NCBI GenBank assembly: GCA_965203985.1
Contig: CBDBDS010000002.1
Span: 38,945 to 102,944 of the forward strand
Source of the DNA: Dehalococcoidia bacterium
GTDB lineage: Bacteria > Chloroflexota > Dehalococcoidia > Lucifugimonadales > UBA3495
DNA: 64,000 nt
Direction: 5' to 3'
In this document: positions 58,793-64,000 of the stretch, in pieces
Position numbering within the stretch: position 1 is the stretch's first letter
Layout of the letters: the number at the start of each line of letters is the position of its first letter
The notes under the pieces: generated by a model
The model's database searches: none
What the model was told of the DNA's origin: nothing
The model's input: only the letters and a program-made list of their open reading frames with translations
Made by a program: the position numbers and the translations under genes

Positions 58793-59099
58793 CGTACTTG
58801 CCCGCGAAAAGTTCTTCCCATTCGGATTTTTCCACGAACGAGATGCCGGGCACGCTTGGCACTCCTACTGCTATCGACTCCGGCCAAATGTGCCCAGAGA
58901 GCCGGACGATCCAACCTGCGTCCAGGTTCTTCTGGTCGCCGTCATACACGACGTAAATTTCCAGGTATTCATCGCCATCATGATCGATCTCATGCCGTAC
59001 CACTACCGGGTCAAAGACAAACTCGTCATGGAACCGCTCGGTCAGCAAGTTCTTGATCGTGCCGGCGATTTTGTTCTTATTTTCGGCGCTGACGGACAT
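58782..59099 (-). CDS. small acidic protein, putative degenerate MNT-like partner of the HEPN protein
   Basis: 105 aa, DHDGDEYLEIYVVYD; overlaps the HEPN start; GGAGGT RBS. Confidence 0.55.
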   Translation of the reverse strand: MSVSAENKNKIAGTIKNLLTERFHDEFVFDPVVVRHEIDHDGDEYLEIYVVYDGDQKNLDAGWIVRLSGHIWPESIAVGVPSVPGISFVEKSEWEELFAGKYGES

Positions 59100-59171
59100 G
59101 GCGCCACCTCCAACTGGACCCGCGTAGTTCATTGCAACGGAGGACTTGTGGTGTTTCCATTTTACCGCTCT

Positions 59172-60875
59172 TCACTTATTGAGGACGACGTCGATTAGCG
59201 CGACGCGCCCCTCGTTGACGGCGGCGAGGCCGTTGCGCAGAGCCTGGGCCAGATCGGCGGGATCCTCCACCCGTTCCCCGTAGCCGCCAAAGGGCTCAAC
59301 CAGTTTGGCGTAGTCCGGGCCGGGGATGTGCACGCCGTGCCAGATGTCGGAGCGCGCGGCGACTCCGTCAGGATAGTACGCCAGGTGGTTGCCGCGCATG
59401 GCCTCGTAGCCGCCGTTGTTGAACAGCACAGTCAGGAACGGCAGGTTGGCCTCACAGGCAACTCCGAAACACTGCGTAACCGGGTTGTACAGGAAACCGC
59501 CGTCGCCCATAAGCGCCACCACCGGCTGATCGGGCTTCGCCAGCTTGACCCCCAGCGCCAGCCCTAACCCCTGACCCAGGCCGCCGTTGGTCTTGTAGTA
59601 ACTCTGGGGCCGGTCCCAGACGACGTGGCGGCCGATGGCGCCCCGATGGGTGGTGACTTCCTCGGAGTAAACCACATCCTCGGGCATCACCTCACTGAGC
59701 ACAGCGCACAGCCAGGCCGGGTCGATGGGACGGCTGCTACTGGCGGCGGCTTCGGCGGCGTAGGTTGCTTCTGCCAAACGCTCGTGTTCCTCAGCCCAGC
59801 GCTGGCGTCGCACCTCTATCTCGTCGCGGCGACCGGCCACCGCGGGTTGCAAGGCCTCGACCAGCAAACCCAGCCCGATGGTGAGATCACCCTCGACATA
59901 GCGGTCGGCGAAGAGGTTCTGGTACACCATGTATTCCTTGACCGTGGTCTCGCCCATGGCCACCACCGTCGCGTTTTGAGGCCCGGCCTGCGGTGGATAC
60001 CAGGGGGCGCGGCTGCCGGCCAGGATCACCAGGTCACTCTGCTGGAGATAACGTTCCGGCTGGCCACCCAGGTACAGCGGATGACCTTTGGGGAAGTTGG
60101 CGTACAGCGCCGCGCTCTCCGCCACCGGAATGGCGAACAGTTCGGCCAGGGCCACCAGGTTGTTGAATCCCTGGATCTCGCGCCCCGCGCTGTCGGTAAT
60201 GATCAGCGGCGATTTGCTGCGGGCGATCAGATCGGCCAACTCGGCAATGTCCTGATCCGATGGGCGGATTTTGGGCGCGGACGGAACGGTTCGCAGCTTT
60301 TCCGGCCGCCTCCAAGAATGCACCATAGTCTCGATGGGGATGTTCATGAAGGACGGCCCCTGGGGAACCCGCTGGGCCAGTTCGCCAGCCCGAACCAATT
60401 GCTCGTAGACGGTATGGGGGCTGGTGGCTCGGCCGCTCCACTTGGTGAAGGCGTCGGCAAACCGGTCCGGGCCACCCACCACGCTGAGGTTGCGGTACCA
60501 CTGGCCTTGAGGGTCGATCTCCGGGTCCTCGCCGTAGCTTGTGGCCTCGCCGGAGCACACCAGCATGGGCACCTCGCCGATCATCGCGCCGTGCACGCCC
60601 ATGCTGCCCTGGAGCAAACCGACGCCGGCGTGCAGCAGGACCGCCTGCATCCGGCCTGTGACCCGCGTGTAGCCGCTGGCCATGTTCACTGCCAGAGTCT
60701 CGTGCCAGCAGTTGATGTACTGCGGCCCCGGCGTCTCGTTGACTTTCTGACGGGCCAGGGCTTCCCACACCGGCGCCCATTCCGACCCGGGAGAGGAGAT
60801 TATGTAATCAATGCCAAGATTGCGAAATGCTTCGAGGATACCTTCGCCGCAATCCTGAGTGGTCGTGCTGGTCAT
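59172..60875 (-). CDS. thiamine pyrophosphate-dependent enzyme (acetolactate synthase/benzoylformate decarboxylase-like)
   Basis: HETLA, GDGGFLY...FNN TPP motif. Confidence 0.88.
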   Translation of the reverse strand: MTSTTTQDCGEGILEAFRNLGIDYIISSPGSEWAPVWEALARQKVNETPGPQYINCWHETLAVNMASGYTRVTGRMQAVLLHAGVGLLQGSMGVHGAMIGEVPMLVCSGEATSYGEDPEIDPQGQWYRNLSVVGGPDRFADAFTKWSGRATSPHTVYEQLVRAGELAQRVPQGPSFMNIPIETMVHSWRRPEKLRTVPSAPKIRPSDQDIAELADLIARSKSPLIITDSAGREIQGFNNLVALAELFAIPVAESAALYANFPKGHPLYLGGQPERYLQQSDLVILAGSRAPWYPPQAGPQNATVVAMGETTVKEYMVYQNLFADRYVEGDLTIGLGLLVEALQPAVAGRRDEIEVRRQRWAEEHERLAEATYAAEAAASSSRPIDPAWLCAVLSEVMPEDVVYSEEVTTHRGAIGRHVVWDRPQSYYKTNGGLGQGLGLALGVKLAKPDQPVVALMGDGGFLYNPVTQCFGVACEANLPFLTVLFNNGGYEAMRGNHLAYYPDGVAARSDIWHGVHIPGPDYAKLVEPFGGYGERVEDPADLAQALRNGLAAVNEGRVALIDVVLNK

Positions 60876-60878
60876 ACT

Positions 60879-62396
60879 TCAGTCCTCCTGTGCCGGGCTC
60901 GCCGCCGGGCGGAGTGCGGGTTCAGGCCGAGTGCTGGCCGGTACAGCCTGATCCTCACGGTGGGTGGGCAGCGCCGACAAAAAGAGCGCCACCGACAATG
61001 CTCCGATCATGGTGAAGAATGCGTATCTCATTCCCACGGTGAACGCGGTTCCCACTCCCGATGCTGCGCCGTGGCGCACCGCGTCCAGGCTGGGCTCGTA
61101 GCCCATGGAACCCATGGTGGCGGTTACGATGGCGGTGGCAACGGCGACGCTGACCACGTTGCCGGCGTTGCGGATCAGGTTGACCAACGCCGAAACCACG
61201 CCGTGGCTTTCCCGTTCCACCGCGCTCAGTATGGAGCTTGAATTGGGGGAGTAGAAGGTGCCCATGCCGCTGCTGGTCAGCATCAGGCCGGGGATCACCT
61301 GGAATAGCGAAGATTCGGCAGTCGCTTGGGAGAGAATGGTGATGCCTGTGGTCGACAGGATCAGTCCGGTCACGGTGAACTTGCGCCAGCCATAACGGTC
61401 CGAAAGCCGGCCGCTGATCGGACCCAGCATCGCCATGCAAAGCGCTCCCGGAACCACGCAAAGACCCGCCACCGACGGGCTGTAGCCAAGAACGTTCTGC
61501 AGGTAGAACGGCGTCATGAACAGGATCGCCGAGCTGCCGATGAACATGAGGTAGTTGGCAGTGACACCCAGGAAAAAGTTGCGCCGGCGGAACAATCGCA
61601 GGTTCAGCATTGGGTTGGCGATTCGGAGCTCCCACCAGATGAACCCCGCCAGGAGCACAACGAAAGCCACGGCGGCCCCCAGTATCGGCGGGGAAGTCCA
61701 GCCGGTGCGGTGGGCGTTGGTGATGCCAAGCAGCAACGCCAGCAGGGCGCTGGAGGACAAAAATGCTCCCAGCCAGTCAAAGGCCCCCTGCCCCGGGCCC
61801 CGAACCGGGCGCGATTGGTCCGTGCTGGTCAGTACCGCAACGCACATGCCGATGCTGATGGCAACCATGGGGACCGTGGCGAAGAAAACGGAGCGCCATC
61901 CGAATGCGTCGACCAGGAAGCCGCCCATGGCCGGGCCGGCGACCGCGCCGGTTCCCACCATCGTCATGATCAGGCCGATGGCCTTCCCGCGCTCGTTGGG
62001 CGGGAAGGCGCCTATCATGATGGCCATGCCGGTGCCCTGGGTCATGGCCGCGCCGGTGCCCTGCACGATGCGGGAGATGATCAGTATCCCCAGATCGGAG
62101 GACGTTCCGGCCGCGATGGAGCCAGCGATGGTCACCGCCGAGCCGATGATATACACCCGCTTGGAGGTGATGATATCCGCCAGCCGACCCATGGGCAGCA
62201 GCAGAGCGATGATCGTCATGGCATAGCCGATCACCAGCCACTGCACGCTGGGGATATCGGTTTGGAAATAGGTCGCTATGGTCGGCAGGGCAACCCCTAC
62301 GCTGCCGTGGTCGACCACGGAGGCGAAGATGCCTACCGCCAGGGTCGCGAAGGCGTACCACTTGTAGTGGCGGCCTCGCGCGAGCGAAGATATCAC
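60879..62396 (-). CDS. DHA2-type 14-TM MFS transporter
   Basis: VALPTI, GRLADI, RIVQGTG, GPAMGG, GRLSDRYG. Confidence 0.88.
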   Translation of the reverse strand: MISSLARGRHYKWYAFATLAVGIFASVVDHGSVGVALPTIATYFQTDIPSVQWLVIGYAMTIIALLLPMGRLADIITSKRVYIIGSAVTIAGSIAAGTSSDLGILIISRIVQGTGAAMTQGTGMAIMIGAFPPNERGKAIGLIMTMVGTGAVAGPAMGGFLVDAFGWRSVFFATVPMVAISIGMCVAVLTSTDQSRPVRGPGQGAFDWLGAFLSSSALLALLLGITNAHRTGWTSPPILGAAVAFVVLLAGFIWWELRIANPMLNLRLFRRRNFFLGVTANYLMFIGSSAILFMTPFYLQNVLGYSPSVAGLCVVPGALCMAMLGPISGRLSDRYGWRKFTVTGLILSTTGITILSQATAESSLFQVIPGLMLTSSGMGTFYSPNSSSILSAVERESHGVVSALVNLIRNAGNVVSVAVATAIVTATMGSMGYEPSLDAVRHGAASGVGTAFTVGMRYAFFTMIGALSVALFLSALPTHREDQAVPASTRPEPALRPAASPAQED

Positions 62397-62428
62397 GACT
62401 GCGTTACCGGGACTGTAGAAGCCAAGCG

Positions 62429-63388
62429 CTACTCGCCGGCGAAGAACCGTCGAGGGTTCTCCACTGTGATCTGGTGAATGTCCTCGTCGGACGCTCCCAT
62501 TTCCTTCAGGCGGGGCAGCACGTAACGGGGGATGAAGTTGTAGCCATCCGGGTTGGCCCGTCGCCGTTGCTCCTGCACCTCTGCGCCGTGGCGAGCCTTG
62601 GGCACAGAGTAGTCGTGGGAAAGGAAAATGCGGTGGGTGAACCCGGCATCCATCAGCGCCTTGGCGACTTCGGTCCGCTGTTCCCAGTCGGGAGTGCCGG
62701 GGCGGAATCCGCCCGGGTAGCGGTCCAGGCCCAACCAGACGCCTTTGTTGAGGAGACCCAGGAGGTACTCCAGATCGGTGTCGTCGTTGCTATGGCCGAT
62801 GTACACCCGGTCCAAGTCAACGCCTTCTTCCTCGAGAACACGCACTTGCGCCTCGCCGATGCGCTCCGGCGACCAGGTGTGCGTCGAGATGGGTACGCCG
62901 GTGGCTTTCTGCGCGCGCGCGGCGGCCCGCAGCACGTTCTCCTGTGGAGCCGTGATCCCACCCTCGTCGCTGGCCACCTTGATGATGCCAGCCTTGATCC
63001 CCGTGCCCTCGATGCCCTCCTCGATTTCACGAACGTAAAGTTCGGCGATGACGTCGGGAGAGATTTCGCCGAAGGGTCGGGGCACGGCCAGGTGGTTGCC
63101 GGTGGCGACGACCACCTGCATGTCGCTGCCCAACGCCACCTCGCGGATCAGCTGGACGTCCCGTCCCAGGTCGAAGGTGCTCACGTCGATTATGGTCCGG
63201 ACTCCATCTTCCCTGACGGCACGCATGGCGGCGATGGATTGTTCGCGGATGCCGTCACGGTCGATGATCTCCGGGTAGGTGTGGCGGAGGCCGGCGGCGT
63301 TGGTTCCAACGTGCTCGTGGCTCAGAGTGAACCCCAGGTCGTCGGTATCTATGGGCCCCATCACGCTGTTCACGGTTGCCATTGCCAT
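62429..63388 (-). CDS. phosphotriesterase-related protein
   Basis: TLSHEH, GIIKVA, STHT, IGHS, LSHD. Confidence 0.9.
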   Translation of the reverse strand: MAMATVNSVMGPIDTDDLGFTLSHEHVGTNAAGLRHTYPEIIDRDGIREQSIAAMRAVREDGVRTIIDVSTFDLGRDVQLIREVALGSDMQVVVATGNHLAVPRPFGEISPDVIAELYVREIEEGIEGTGIKAGIIKVASDEGGITAPQENVLRAAARAQKATGVPISTHTWSPERIGEAQVRVLEEEGVDLDRVYIGHSNDDTDLEYLLGLLNKGVWLGLDRYPGGFRPGTPDWEQRTEVAKALMDAGFTHRIFLSHDYSVPKARHGAEVQEQRRRANPDGYNFIPRYVLPRLKEMGASDEDIHQITVENPRRFFAGE

Positions 63389-63500
63389 CCCTCCTGGCCG
63401 TGGGCGAATGCGGGTATTCTATTACGAATTCCGCTGGGACGATACGAGACGTTGGTCACCGGAAGGCGCGGTTCGCCACCCCGGTCTGCGGCGAAGTAAC

Positions 63501-63612
63501 GTCAGAAGCAGGATTTGCGGGATTTTACGAATTGGCAGGATTGGGAGGATTCCATCACGGAATGCTTTCCCAATCCTGATAATCCCCAAATCTTGAAAAT
63601 CCTGCTTCTGAC
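63501..63612. repeat. palindromic element with 16-bp perfect terminal inverted repeats and about 9-bp internal periodicity
   Basis: GTCAGAAGCAGGATTT...AAATCCTGCTTCTGAC; repeated GGATT units on the left and AATCC units on the right. Confidence 0.8.
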
Positions 63613-63705
63613 CATTTGCGAAAGCGGGTGAGCGTGAGCGCGAACCCCACTTGCTGAGCAATCGCTGCCCCGTCTATATTGACCGAAAAGCACTGGGAGG
63701 CAAAC

Positions 63706-64000
63706 ATGCGAACCCCCATTTTGACCCGTGACCAGGTCCCCGCGGAACTGCGAGAGGCATTCGACCATGAGACCGCCAACTCCGGCGGCGTGGTTTCCAG
63801 CGGCCCAGGTTCCGCCATGATCAACAGCCCCGAGATGCGGAAGCGGGCAAACCATCTGGTCAACTACCTGCGGGACGAGTCGTCCCTGCCCAAGAAGATC
63901 CAGGAACTGGCCATGATCCTGACGGCACGCAACATGGACTGCCAGTACATCTGGTTCGCTCACTCCGTCCGAGCCAAGGAACAGGGCATCAGCGCGGAGT
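63706..64000 (+). CDS. carboxymuconolactone decarboxylase/AhpD-like protein; runs off the window end
   Basis: Read manually: MRTPILTRDQVP...NSPE...YLRDESSLPKKIQELAMILTARNMDCQYIWFAH; GGAGG RBS. Confidence 0.75.
   Translation, partial: MRTPILTRDQVPAELREAFDHETANSGGVVSSGPGSAMINSPEMRKRANHLVNYLRDESSLPKKIQELAMILTARNMDCQYIWFAHSVRAKEQGISAE

Noticed and set aside
59625-61241. Long antisense ORFs (e.g. 59625-61241, 5579-6952, 32017-33264, 1669-2778)
   Set aside because: Shadow ORFs opposite well-supported genes, expected in high-GC DNA; they carry no recognisable motifs.

Overview
GC-rich bacterial chromosomal window with about 55 CDS and two tRNAs. No CRISPR array, integrase, transposase or prophage is visible. 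The gene content (luciferase-like and F420-type oxidoreductases, enolase-superfamily, MmgE/PrpD and amidohydrolase paralogs, split gcvPA/gcvPB, cobQ-cobU-pduX) suggests Chloroflexota/Dehalococcoidia of SAR202 type; this assignment is an inference. The backbone comprises ino1-pimA-like-pgsA-like, dnaJ-prmA, a DnaQ-DinG fusion, dnaA and catabolic clusters. It is interrupted by many small accessory genes: PaREP1/HEPN-like, DUF4058-like, PIN, ABC-ATPase+DUF4276-like, an NgoMIV-like R-M pair, a small protein+aspartic protease pair and an MNT-like/HEPN pair. Most notable: (1) three tandem OGG1-type DNA glycosylases behind DnaQ-DinG; the third has lost the catalytic Lys, ends in an antitoxin-like tail and is translationally coupled to a PIN toxin; (2) a mycobacterial LprG/Rv1410c-like lipoprotein-MFS pair in the same window as PI/PIM-type lipid genes; (3) an atypical kinase+PP2C pair, an NgoMIV-like endonuclease with an amino-methyltransferase, and a dnaA with altered DNA-binding residues. 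All family calls come from motif recognition by eye, not database searches.
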